Notes under the pieces: generated by a model
Seen by the model: the letters and a program-made list of their open reading frames with translations, nothing else
What the model was told of the DNA's origin: nothing
The model's database searches: none
Source of the DNA: Prevotella sp.
Lineage (GTDB): Bacteria; Bacteroidota; Bacteroidia; Bacteroidales; Bacteroidaceae
Length of the DNA: 42,255 bases
Direction: 5' to 3'
Assembly: GCA_036752365.1 (NCBI GenBank)
Contig: DAIOSW010000001.1
Location: 1-42,255 of the forward strand
Shown here: piece after piece, positions 10,329 to 18,680 of the stretch
Position numbering within the stretch: the first letter of the stretch is position 1
How the letters are laid out: the number at the start of each line of letters is the position of its first letter
Position numbers and translations under genes: made by a program

Positions 10329-10673
10329 ATGAATCAATACGAAACCGTTTTCATTTTAACTCCCGTTTTGTCTGATGAACAGATGAAGGAAGCGGTCGCC
10401 AAATTCAAGAAACTTCTCACCGATAATGGTGCTGAAATTGTTAATGAAGAAGAATGGGGACTGAAGAAGATGGCTTATGCAATTGAGAAAAAATCAACAG
10501 GCTTCTATTGCTTGTTGGAGTTCAAAGCAGAGACAACAGTACTTAAAACACTAGAGACAGGCTATCGCCGTGATGAGAAAGTTATTCGTTACATCACAGT
10601 TAGACTTGACAAGTATGCTGCACAGTATGCTGAAAAGAGAAGAAACAAATTTGGTAAAAAAGAGGAGGCATAA
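10329..10673 (+). CDS. rpsF: 30S ribosomal protein bS6
   Basis: [25 protein letters not shown] motifs. Confidence 0.97.
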   Translation: MNQYETVFILTPVLSDEQMKEAVAKFKKLLTDNGAEIVNEEEWGLKKMAYAIEKKSTGFYCLLEFKAETTVLKTLETGYRRDEKVIRYITVRLDKYAAQYAEKRRNKFGKKEEA

Positions 10674-10676
10674 ATT

Positions 10677-10943
10677 ATGGCACAGCAATCAGAAATTAGA
10701 TATTTGACTCCGCCCTCAGTGGATGTGAAGAAGAAGAAATATTGCCGTTTCAAAAAAAGCGGTATTAAGTATATCGATTATAAGGATCCTGAATTCCTGA
10801 AGAAATTCTTGAACGAACAGGGAAAAATCCTCCCTCGTCGTATCACTGGTACTTCATTGAAATACCAACGTCGTGTGGCTCAGGCTGTTAAGCGTGCTCG
10901 TCAGATTGCACTGCTTCCTTATGTAACTGATTTGATGAAATAA
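10677..10943 (+). CDS. rpsR: 30S ribosomal protein bS18
   Basis: [25 protein letters not shown] motifs. Confidence 0.97.
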   Translation: MAQQSEIRYLTPPSVDVKKKKYCRFKKSGIKYIDYKDPEFLKKFLNEQGKILPRRITGTSLKYQRRVAQAVKRARQIALLPYVTDLMK

Positions 10944-10960
10944 TAAGGAGGAGTAAGAAT

Positions 10961-11461
10961 ATGGAAATTATATTGAAAGAAGACATTCTGGGCCTAGGCT
11001 ACAAGAATGATATTGTCACTGTTAAGTCTGGTTACGGACGTAATTATCTTATCCCTCAAGGAAAGGGTATCATCGCGTCTGAATCTGCAAAGAAAGTTCT
11101 TGCTGAGAATTTGAAACAACAGGCTCATAAGATTGCTGCTATTAAAGATGCAGCTCAAGCTAATGCTGACAAACTGAATGGCGTTTCTTTGGAAATCGCA
11201 GTTAAGGTTAGTGCAACTGGTGTTACTTATGGTTCTGTTAATGCTGCTCATATCTCTGAGGAATTGAAAAAGAAGGGATTTGATATCGATCGTAAGATTA
11301 TCGCAATCAAGGATATCAAGAGCGTTGGTGATTATGTTGCTATCGTTAATCTTCACAAAGAGGTATCTGTCGAGATTCCTGTAAAAGTTGTAAGTGAAGA
11401 TGCTCTAAATGCTGCTAAAGCTGAAACCAAGGTTGAAGAAGAGGCTCCAACAGCAGAATAA
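10961..11461 (+). CDS. rplI: 50S ribosomal protein bL9
   Basis: VKSGYGRNYLIP, YGSV, LHKEV motifs. Confidence 0.97.
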   Translation: MEIILKEDILGLGYKNDIVTVKSGYGRNYLIPQGKGIIASESAKKVLAENLKQQAHKIAAIKDAAQANADKLNGVSLEIAVKVSATGVTYGSVNAAHISEELKKKGFDIDRKIIAIKDIKSVGDYVAIVNLHKEVSVEIPVKVVSEDALNAAKAETKVEEEAPTAE

Positions 11462-11487
11462 TAGAATTTGTAAAACCACTATATATT

Positions 11488-11527
11488 AAATTCCGGCTCT
11501 CAATTAAATGCGAGTCGGAATTTTTTT
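11488..11527 (+). terminator. Terminator between rplI and convergent suhB
   Basis: AAATTCCGGCTC...GAGTCGGAATTT hairpin plus T run. Confidence 0.8.
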
Positions 11528-11566
11528 GTACCTTGTTTTAAGTACTTTTGCTAATTGCTTATTTAT

Positions 11567-12370
11567 CTAAATAAGTTTATCTTTGTTTTCAGAAATGACA
11601 TTTAGTAGTTCTTCGTGAATGATATTATTCGTTGCTACAATATTGTCGGTTTCAATATATTTACTGTTGCCGTTAAAGTCTGTAACCTTTCCTCCCGCTT
11701 CGCTTACAATTAATGTGCCTGCGGCAATGTCCCATTGACCGATAAATTTTTCCATCCATCCGTCTAGCCTTCCAGCCGCAACATAACATAATGCGGTAGC
11801 TGCAGAACCGTTCATTCTAATGCCACCGATATAGCCATAAAGTTGATTAATAATACTAACCCCAAATTCTTTATATTTCTTGTGATCATAAGGTAACTCA
11901 ATGCATAGCAGGGCTTTATCGAATGTATTTGTAGTATTGACGGTTATGGTATTCCCGTTCAGATAGGAGCCTCCGTTTTTCCAGGCGTAAAAACACTCAT
12001 CTTTTGTTATTTCGTAAACAACCCCGATAATGATTTCGTCACCATGTTTTAATCCTATGGATATGGCAAATGGTAGATAATCATGAATGAAGTTTGTTGT
12101 CCCATCAAGAGGGTCAATTATCCAGCAATATTCTTCATCCTGATATTTTGCAGTTTTCTCTTCGGTGATGAAACCTGCATTGATAGGTATTTTCTTCAAT
12201 GCTTCTACTAACATCATTTCTGACTGTTTGTCAACGTAGGACACATAATCATGATTATGTTTTTCCTCTACCTTGCTTTGTTGAAAGTTACGTCGTTCAT
12301 TCCTGAGGTAATCACCTGTTTTACGGGCGATCATAGTAACTTCTGTCGTAATGTTTTTTAGATTATCCAT
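11567..12370 (-). CDS. suhB: Inositol monophosphatase family protein
   Basis: WIIDPLDGTTNF, GSAA, WDIAAG motifs. Start moved to MDNLK because the longer ORF runs through the upstream terminator. Confidence 0.88.
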   Translation of the reverse strand: MDNLKNITTEVTMIARKTGDYLRNERRNFQQSKVEEKHNHDYVSYVDKQSEMMLVEALKKIPINAGFITEEKTAKYQDEEYCWIIDPLDGTTNFIHDYLPFAISIGLKHGDEIIIGVVYEITKDECFYAWKNGGSYLNGNTITVNTTNTFDKALLCIELPYDHKKYKEFGVSIINQLYGYIGGIRMNGSAATALCYVAAGRLDGWMEKFIGQWDIAAGTLIVSEAGGKVTDFNGNSKYIETDNIVATNNIIHEELLNVISENKDKLI

Positions 12371-12404
12371 ATGGCGTGGTTTTATACTTCTTTTTTTATA
12401 GCAT

Positions 12405-12434
12405 AAAAAAACCGTCGAACGAAGTTCGACGGTT
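12405..12434 (-). terminator. Terminator of the small lipoprotein gene
   Basis: Perfect 11-bp stem AACCGTCGAAC/GTTCGACGGTT with a U run on the minus strand. Confidence 0.85.
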
Positions 12435-12462
12435 AATTCTCTCATTGTTCGTTTCGAGCGAT

Positions 12463-12663
12463 TTACTTCTGAGCAGCTGCAGAATCAGCAGGAGCAGTAG
12501 CAGCGCTATCCATAGCAGCTGAATCAACATTTGCGCTATCAGCAGCTGAGTCAACAGTTGCTACGCTATCAGAGTCAGTAGCTGCGCCCTGAGCTGTTTT
12601 GTTACCACATGATGCGAATGAAATAGCTGCGAAAGCTACGAACAAAAATACTAATTTTTTCAT
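12463..12663 (-). CDS. Small (66 aa) acidic Ala/Asp/Ser-rich lipoprotein
   Basis: SPII signal MKKLVFLFVAFAAISFASC, own promoter (12716-12723) and terminator. Confidence 0.85.
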   Translation of the reverse strand: MKKLVFLFVAFAAISFASCGNKTAQGAATDSDSVATVDSAADSANVDSAAMDSAATAPADSAAAQK

Positions 12664-12715
12664 TTTCTTTGCTTTTTTAAATCTGTAAAACAATCATTTG
12701 CTTATTAAAACGATG

Positions 12716-12723
12716 CAAAGGTA
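12716..12723 (-). promoter_or_regulatory. -7 element TACCTTTG for the small lipoprotein
   Basis: caaaggta on the plus strand, 52 nt upstream of the start. Confidence 0.7.
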
Positions 12724-12979
12724 CACCTTTTTTTTATATGTTGTTCTTTTTTTAGCACTTTTTTATTGTTATTTTTGTAACTTTTTTGTAATATGTTGAT
12801 ATTCAGCCATATATACTACTAATGTTTTTCTGAAAAACATCTGCCTTCTTACTATATTTAATGTTGATATAGGGATCTTATACCATATAATGTCTTTGCT
12901 TTCTCTGATATTGTGGTTATATCATATATTAGAATATACCTTATTGTTGCTTGATTTTGGCAAAAAAATCAATATTTTT

Positions 12980-13010
12980 TTTGTATTCCGCTTGCTTTGA
13001 CGTACCTTTG
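12980..13010 (+). promoter_or_regulatory. mtaB promoter (-33 TTTG, 19 nt spacer, -7 TACCTTTG)
   Basis: Full consensus match. Confidence 0.75.
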
Positions 13011-13033
13011 TACAAAATAATGCATGATTATTG

Positions 13034-14377
13034 ATGATTGATACTTCCGCTTTTCAAGGCAAGATTGCAGCCTATTTCACATTGGGATGCAAATTGAATT
13101 TTTCAGAAACATCTACTTTTGGAAAGATGCTTCATGATTATGGTGTTCGAACTGCTCGTTCAGGTGAACAGGCTGATATTTGTATAGTCAATACTTGTTC
13201 GGTCACAGAAGTCGCTGATCATAAATGTCGTCAGGCTATTCATCGGTTAGTTAGAAATCATCCTAATGCCTTTATCGTCGTGACTGGCTGTTATGCCCAG
13301 CTTGAGCCGGATTTAGTTAGCCAAATCGAGGGCGTTGATCTGGTCTTGGGATCCAATGAGAAGGCGAATCTTATTCAATACCTTTCTGAGGCATGGAGTA
13401 ACAGGAATTCTGAGTCATCACTTCATGCATCTCATGCGGTAAAGACCAAAGATATTGTTACCTTTGGACCAAGTTGCTCTCGTGGTAACCGTACCAGATA
13501 TTTCTTAAAGGTGCAAGATGGATGCAATTATTATTGTACATATTGTACTATCCCATACGCAAGAGGTAATAGCCTGAACGGAAGTATTGCTTCGTTGGTG
13601 GAACAAGCTGAGCAGGCAGCACGGGACGGTGGCAAAGAAATTGTCATCACCGGAGTAAATATCGGTGACTTTGGACGAACTACCGGTGAAAAATTTATTG
13701 ATTTGGTTAAGGCTTTGGACCACGTGAAAGGAATAGAACGTTTCCGAATAAGTAGTATCGAACCCGATTTACTTACTGATGACATCATTGAATATTGCTC
13801 TCATAGTCGTGCCTTTATGCCTCATTTCCATATCCCGTTACAGAGCGGAAGTGATGTCGTCTTGGGATTAATGCACCGTCGTTACGATACGTCACTTTTT
13901 GCTCATAAGATACATCTTATTAAGAAGTTGATTCCTGATTGTTTTATCGGGGTTGATGTGATTGTCGGTACTCGTGGTGAGACAGATGAACTGTTTGAAG
14001 AATCGTTTCACTTTATTGAGAGTCTGGATATTACTCAGTTGCATGTCTTTCCTTATTCCGAACGTCCAGGCACAGCTGCTCTAAAAATCCCTTATGTCGT
14101 AGATGACAAAACAAAGAAAATGCGTAGTAAGCGCTTACTGACTTTGTCTGATGAGAAGACTGAAGCCTTTTATGCGGCCCATATCGGGAAAACGGCTGTT
14201 GTTTTATGTGAGAAGTCACGTCAGGGAATGCCGATGCATGGATTCACGGATAATTATATAAGAGTTGAGTTGTCCCCTAGACAAACTTCAGAGGATTATG
14301 ACAATAAACTGGTAAAGGTCGTGCTTGGTGATTTCAACCATGATCGTACATCTCTAAAAGCTGAATTTGATGGATAA
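13034..14377 (+). CDS. mtaB: tRNA t6A37 methylthiotransferase MtaB
   Basis: TLGCKLNFSET, NTCSVT, GCYAQ, KVQDGCNYYCTYCTIPYARG, HVFPYSERPGT. Confidence 0.92.
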   Translation: MIDTSAFQGKIAAYFTLGCKLNFSETSTFGKMLHDYGVRTARSGEQADICIVNTCSVTEVADHKCRQAIHRLVRNHPNAFIVVTGCYAQLEPDLVSQIEGVDLVLGSNEKANLIQYLSEAWSNRNSESSLHASHAVKTKDIVTFGPSCSRGNRTRYFLKVQDGCNYYCTYCTIPYARGNSLNGSIASLVEQAEQAARDGGKEIVITGVNIGDFGRTTGEKFIDLVKALDHVKGIERFRISSIEPDLLTDDIIEYCSHSRAFMPHFHIPLQSGSDVVLGLMHRRYDTSLFAHKIHLIKKLIPDCFIGVDVIVGTRGETDELFEESFHFIESLDITQLHVFPYSERPGTAALKIPYVVDDKTKKMRSKRLLTLSDEKTEAFYAAHIGKTAVVLCEKSRQGMPMHGFTDNYIRVELSPRQTSEDYDNKLVKVVLGDFNHDRTSLKAEFDG

Positions 14378-15389
14378 AGTTGCGATTGTTATTTTAAACT
14401 GGAACGGTGCAGATATGCTTCGTACCTATCTACCTTCAGTACTAGACTATTCACGTGAAGAAGCTGTAGTATATGTAGCTGATAACGCGTCTACGGATGA
14501 TTCAGTCGAGATAATAAGAAAGGAGTTTCCTGATTGCAAATTGATTATTCTTGATAAAAATTGGGGATTTGCGGATGGTTATAATAAAGCCTTTGAACAG
14601 ATCGAGGCGGAGTATTATTTCTTATTAAATTCAGACGTTCGTGTTACCCATCACTGGTTGACGCCACTCATTGAGTTTATGGACTATCATCAGGACGTCG
14701 CCGCCTGTCAGCCTAAGCTCTTGTCGGAGTCAGATAATGACTATTTCGAATACGCAGGTGCTTGTGGTGGTTTCCTTGATAACTATGGCTATCCCTTTTG
14801 TAGAGGCAGAATATTTGATACGGTCGAGGAAGACAATGCACAATATGATTATAATCAGTCGATTTTGTGGGCCACAGGGGCTGCGATGATGATACGTTCT
14901 ATTGATTACAAAGCTGTGGGTGGATTAGATGGCCGTTTCTTTGCTCATAATGAGGAGATTGACATGTGTTGGAGATTAAGGAGCATGGGCCGAGAGATAT
15001 ATTGTGTTCCGGAAAGCAGTGTATTCCATGTCGGAGGAGGTACCTTGCCAAAGAGTAACTCACAAAAGACCTTTCTCAATTTTAGAAATAATCTATTGAT
15101 GATTTACAAAAATGTTGATGACAGTGAGTTGCATCATGTCCTTCGTATGCGCTGGATTCTTGATTATGTGGCAGCTTATTGGACTTTATTGCGAGGAAAT
15201 TTTGGAGATTTTATGGCAATATACAGAGCTCGGAGAGAATTTCATCGTCTTGTTCCTTTATTTAAAGAGTCACGCTCCAAAATACAGTGTAATGTGAAAT
15301 TACATCATATTCCGGAGCGTACAAAATTCAGTATCCTTGCTCACTATTATCTGAAGGGGCACAAAGTTTTCTCTTCTTTACCTATTTAA
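14370..15389 (+). CDS. Glycosyltransferase family 2 (rhamnosyltransferase-like)
   Basis: IVILNWNG, DNASTDDS, NWGFADGYN, LLNSD, EEIDMCWR. Confidence 0.88.
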   Translation: MDKVAIVILNWNGADMLRTYLPSVLDYSREEAVVYVADNASTDDSVEIIRKEFPDCKLIILDKNWGFADGYNKAFEQIEAEYYFLLNSDVRVTHHWLTPLIEFMDYHQDVAACQPKLLSESDNDYFEYAGACGGFLDNYGYPFCRGRIFDTVEEDNAQYDYNQSILWATGAAMMIRSIDYKAVGGLDGRFFAHNEEIDMCWRLRSMGREIYCVPESSVFHVGGGTLPKSNSQKTFLNFRNNLLMIYKNVDDSELHHVLRMRWILDYVAAYWTLLRGNFGDFMAIYRARREFHRLVPLFKESRSKIQCNVKLHHIPERTKFSILAHYYLKGHKVFSSLPI

Positions 15390-16602
15390 TAATCAAAGGA
15401 TTACTTAACTCGTCTTTCCAGTTCTTAAGATACCTGAACCATTCTTTACCGGAGTGGTATCCGAAAGATTCGTTGTCTGAGCAGAATACAATATTATAGT
15501 GTAACGTTTTGCCTGTACTCATGATAATGAAAGGATAATTGTCATTGTCTTTGGTGAGCTCCTTCTTTATATTTTCAGAAGGAATGCATATACCTAATCC
15601 CACAGTTTCACGTTTATATCCGGCAGAGTCTTTTTCTGATACGGGCCAGTCTGTTCCCCAACATCCTCTTAATCCCTTGTTATCCGTAAACTCCTGAGAA
15701 TTCTTCACGTTGATAATTCCTGTGGCAAATTCGTAGTCACTTACATCTTTATTAAAGATAATGTCTACGTTACAGTCTCTATGTCCCGCATACAAGGTGT
15801 AGCGGGTGGTCATATTAACTGGTTCTTTTCCTGCGTTACCGGTGTACCAATCTTCATCAATCACTTCCACAATCGTACGTATCGGGCCTTTGGCGATGAT
15901 TCTCTCTGTCCGATGACTTAATTCACTTAGGGTTAATGGTTTACTTCCATCCCAACCTCTTAATGTTCCAACGCCCATTGTGGATCCAACCCATAAGACA
16001 TCGTCTCCGTAACCGCTGCTTTTCTGTGTCTTGTCTGGATAGAACTGAGTATCGTGAAGTTCCAGTCCTTTGCGATATTTTCCATAGATGTCAACAGTCT
16101 GCCTCTCGTCAAAATATATACGATAAGCATTTAATTCGCTTTCGAATGCCGGACCGTGGTGTTGAAGACACTCATAAGGATTGGCCGTTCCGTCAATGGT
16201 CAAGCTTGATATATATGTGTTTTGTTTATTTTGAGTTTTATTTTTGGGATGTTTTAATAACATCTCTGCATAGACACGCGATGCGAAGTTTCTCGGTGTT
16301 CCGGTCTTCAATAATTGGATATTAAAAATCTTTTGTCCATTTTTGTCGATGTCTGTAACGAAGCAGAGCTCATCGTATGTTCCGTCGCTATCAAGATCAT
16401 CCAGCTGATATGCAATCTCATTTCCGTTACAAGTAACGATAGCCGATTTTACATTTCCATACTGTTTAAGATTAATTACCACAGGAACATCGGACCTGAA
16501 TACCTTCAAACTGTTATTAACTGTGATATTAAAACTGTTCTGGGCCATGCCATAAAGAGTGGCAACAGATAATAACAATATTGATAATATGATCTTTTTC
16601 AT
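15382..16602 (-). CDS. Exported DUF4861-family protein
   Basis: Signal peptide. IAYQLDDLD, AFESE..AYRIY, DIYGK, GPIRT resemble the C-terminal half of the 21716 protein. Confidence 0.75.
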   Translation of the reverse strand: MKKIILSILLLSVATLYGMAQNSFNITVNNSLKVFRSDVPVVINLKQYGNVKSAIVTCNGNEIAYQLDDLDSDGTYDELCFVTDIDKNGQKIFNIQLLKTGTPRNFASRVYAEMLLKHPKNKTQNKQNTYISSLTIDGTANPYECLQHHGPAFESELNAYRIYFDERQTVDIYGKYRKGLELHDTQFYPDKTQKSSGYGDDVLWVGSTMGVGTLRGWDGSKPLTLSELSHRTERIIAKGPIRTIVEVIDEDWYTGNAGKEPVNMTTRYTLYAGHRDCNVDIIFNKDVSDYEFATGIINVKNSQEFTDNKGLRGCWGTDWPVSEKDSAGYKRETVGLGICIPSENIKKELTKDNDNYPFIIMSTGKTLHYNIVFCSDNESFGYHSGKEWFRYLKNWKDELSNPLIIK

Positions 16603-16670
16603 TCTGTTATGTATTATTTTTTATAGTTTTAGTAATATGTATTTAATATCTTAAATATAAGATGTTCTGG

Positions 16671-16801
16671 CAAAGGTAGTTAAAATCATCTAGTTTTTTT
16701 GTGATTTTTCATTGTTTTAATACAGTAAAAGACTTTTTTGCTATTTATTTTAATATTTTTAGCTTAAAATTTGGATTATGAAATATTTTTTAGTATATTT
16801 G
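16671..16801. promoter_or_regulatory. Divergent promoters: minus TACCTTTG (16671-16678); plus TTTG (16770-16773) with TATATTTG (16794-16801)
   Basis: TAnnTTTG matches in front of each divergent gene. Confidence 0.6.
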
Positions 16802-16827
16802 CGCTTAATTTTAACAGAATTCAATAA

Positions 16828-17658
16828 TTGGTGCGAAAGGTTTATTTTATATTATTTACAATTATGTTGTTATGTGTCGCTTGTCAATGGCGACTTACAC
16901 CTGATGATAACACTTCTAAGGAGTGTGCACATAAGATTATTATGCGTTATGATCAGATAGAAAGTTCGTATCTGACAACAGGTGACTTTTCTGCATTACA
17001 ACGTATGAGCACCGTTTATCCTGGCCAAACACGTACTCTTATAGAAAATGTATTGAAATTAGGTGCCGTTAACGACCCTGAAATTAATAATAAATTATTA
17101 GGTTATTATCAGGACTCCACATTACAGCAGGTAATTGTTGATGTTCAGAAACAGTGCTCGAACATGGATGATATTGATAAGCAATTAGATTATGGGTTCC
17201 ATCATCTCAAGAAACATTTCCCAGCTATCATTATCCCTAAGGTATATGCACAAATAGGAGCTTTCGACCAGAGTGTCATTATCGGTGATAATATGTTAGG
17301 CATTTCCCTGGATAAATATCTCGGGAGTGAATATCCGTTATATATCAAATTCTATAATAAAGAACAACGAAGGATGATGACGCGTGATTTCATCGTCCCC
17401 GACTGTATCGGTTTTTATCTTTTGAGCCTTTATCCTATGCCGACAGACCATACCTTGTCAAAGAGTGAGATGGATATGCACATGGGAAAAATTCAATGGG
17501 TTGTTGATAAGATATTAAAAAAGAATAACTTTAGTAAGCTACCAACGGTACTGTTGGTGGATAACTACATGAATGCGAACAGTCTTTCTTATGAAAGATT
17601 GATGCAAGACAATAAGATTGATAAACTGTTATCTGCCCAATTGAATAAGGAGAAATAG
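16828..17658 (+). CDS. GldB-like lipoprotein
   Basis: Lipobox LCVAC, IMRYDQ, DQSVII, LGISLDKYLGSEYPLY. TTG start is uncertain. Confidence 0.7.
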   Translation: MVRKVYFILFTIMLLCVACQWRLTPDDNTSKECAHKIIMRYDQIESSYLTTGDFSALQRMSTVYPGQTRTLIENVLKLGAVNDPEINNKLLGYYQDSTLQQVIVDVQKQCSNMDDIDKQLDYGFHHLKKHFPAIIIPKVYAQIGAFDQSVIIGDNMLGISLDKYLGSEYPLYIKFYNKEQRRMMTRDFIVPDCIGFYLLSLYPMPTDHTLSKSEMDMHMGKIQWVVDKILKKNNFSKLPTVLLVDNYMNANSLSYERLMQDNKIDKLLSAQLNKEK

Positions 17659-17668
17659 ATAAATATTT

Positions 17669-18592
17669 CTAGTTGTTATTCAATAATCTTCCCTGTGTAC
17701 TTCCACTTCTGATCAGATAGCTCTTTAGTTTATCTGTGAATTCATAATTTTTTAATCCCCAATCTGGTGCAATAAGTAAATTTTTGGGTGATTGTGACAC
17801 AAAACGTTCCAATACCAGATCCTTTCGTAAGTATTGGATATATCTTGAGATTAAAGAGATGTATTCGTCTGCAGTATATAGATGAAAAGGATTTTGGGTA
17901 AATTCCTCTGCCATCTTTGTTCCTCTGATGATCTGGAGTTGATGAATCTTGAGTATATTCAATTTCAATTCAGAGATCAGAGGAGCTTGTCTGATACTTT
18001 CTTCTGCATCTTCTCCCGGCAGGCCTAGTATAATGTGTCCTCCTGTCAGGATGCCACGTTCAGAGGTCCGTTCGATGGCACTTCTGCTACATTTGAAGTC
18101 ATGGCCTCTGTTAATATGTGAAAGTGTTTTGTCATTAGCACTTTCAATGCCATACTCAATAATAAGAAAGGTTCGTTTGTTGAGTTCATCAAAGTAGTCA
18201 AGTAACTCATCGGACATGCAGTCGGGCCGGGTGCCTACCACAATCCCTACGACGTCCTCCACCTTGAGGGCTTCTTCATATATGGATTTAAGCTTTTCTA
18301 TGTTCCCGTATGTGTTGGTATATGCCTGAAAGTATGCCAAATACTTCATTTCCGGATACTTACGACTGAAGAAAGCCTTTCCTTCTTCAAGTTGACTTGT
18401 AATAGAATGATCTTTATTGCAATAATCCGGACTAAAGGTCTGATTGTTACAATATGTGCATCCACCTACACCAATTATACCGTCTCTGTTTGGGCATGAG
18501 AATCCTGCATTAATAGAAATTTTTTGTACTTTAAAAGGGAATTGTTCTTTCAGCCACGAACCGAAATCAGTGTATAAATACGTTTTTGTCAC
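17669..18592 (-). CDS. TIGR01212/YhcC-family radical SAM protein
   Basis: GFSCPNRDG..GGCTYC, YFQAYTNTY, GTRPDC, KIHQLQI. GTG start. Confidence 0.9.
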   Translation of the reverse strand: MTKTYLYTDFGSWLKEQFPFKVQKISINAGFSCPNRDGIIGVGGCTYCNNQTFSPDYCNKDHSITSQLEEGKAFFSRKYPEMKYLAYFQAYTNTYGNIEKLKSIYEEALKVEDVVGIVVGTRPDCMSDELLDYFDELNKRTFLIIEYGIESANDKTLSHINRGHDFKCSRSAIERTSERGILTGGHIILGLPGEDAEESIRQAPLISELKLNILKIHQLQIIRGTKMAEEFTQNPFHLYTADEYISLISRYIQYLRKDLVLERFVSQSPKNLLIAPDWGLKNYEFTDKLKSYLIRSGSTQGRLLNNN

Positions 18593-18615
18593 GGGATTTA
18601 ATCAATTTTAGACTA

Positions 18616-18652
18616 CAAAGGTAAGAAAAAAAATTATTTTGCAGTATCTTTG
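18616..18652. promoter_or_regulatory. Overlapping divergent promoters (minus TACCTTTG 18616-18623; plus TATCTTTG 18645-18652)
   Basis: Two -7 consensus elements 21 bp apart in an 88-bp intergenic region. Confidence 0.65.
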
Positions 18653-18680
18653 CATCAAGTTAATACAAAAATAAAAACAG

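Noticed and set aside
16828..17658. GldB-like gene as evidence of gliding motility
   Set aside because: Such homologs occur in non-gliding Bacteroidales, and no other gld/spr genes are in the window.
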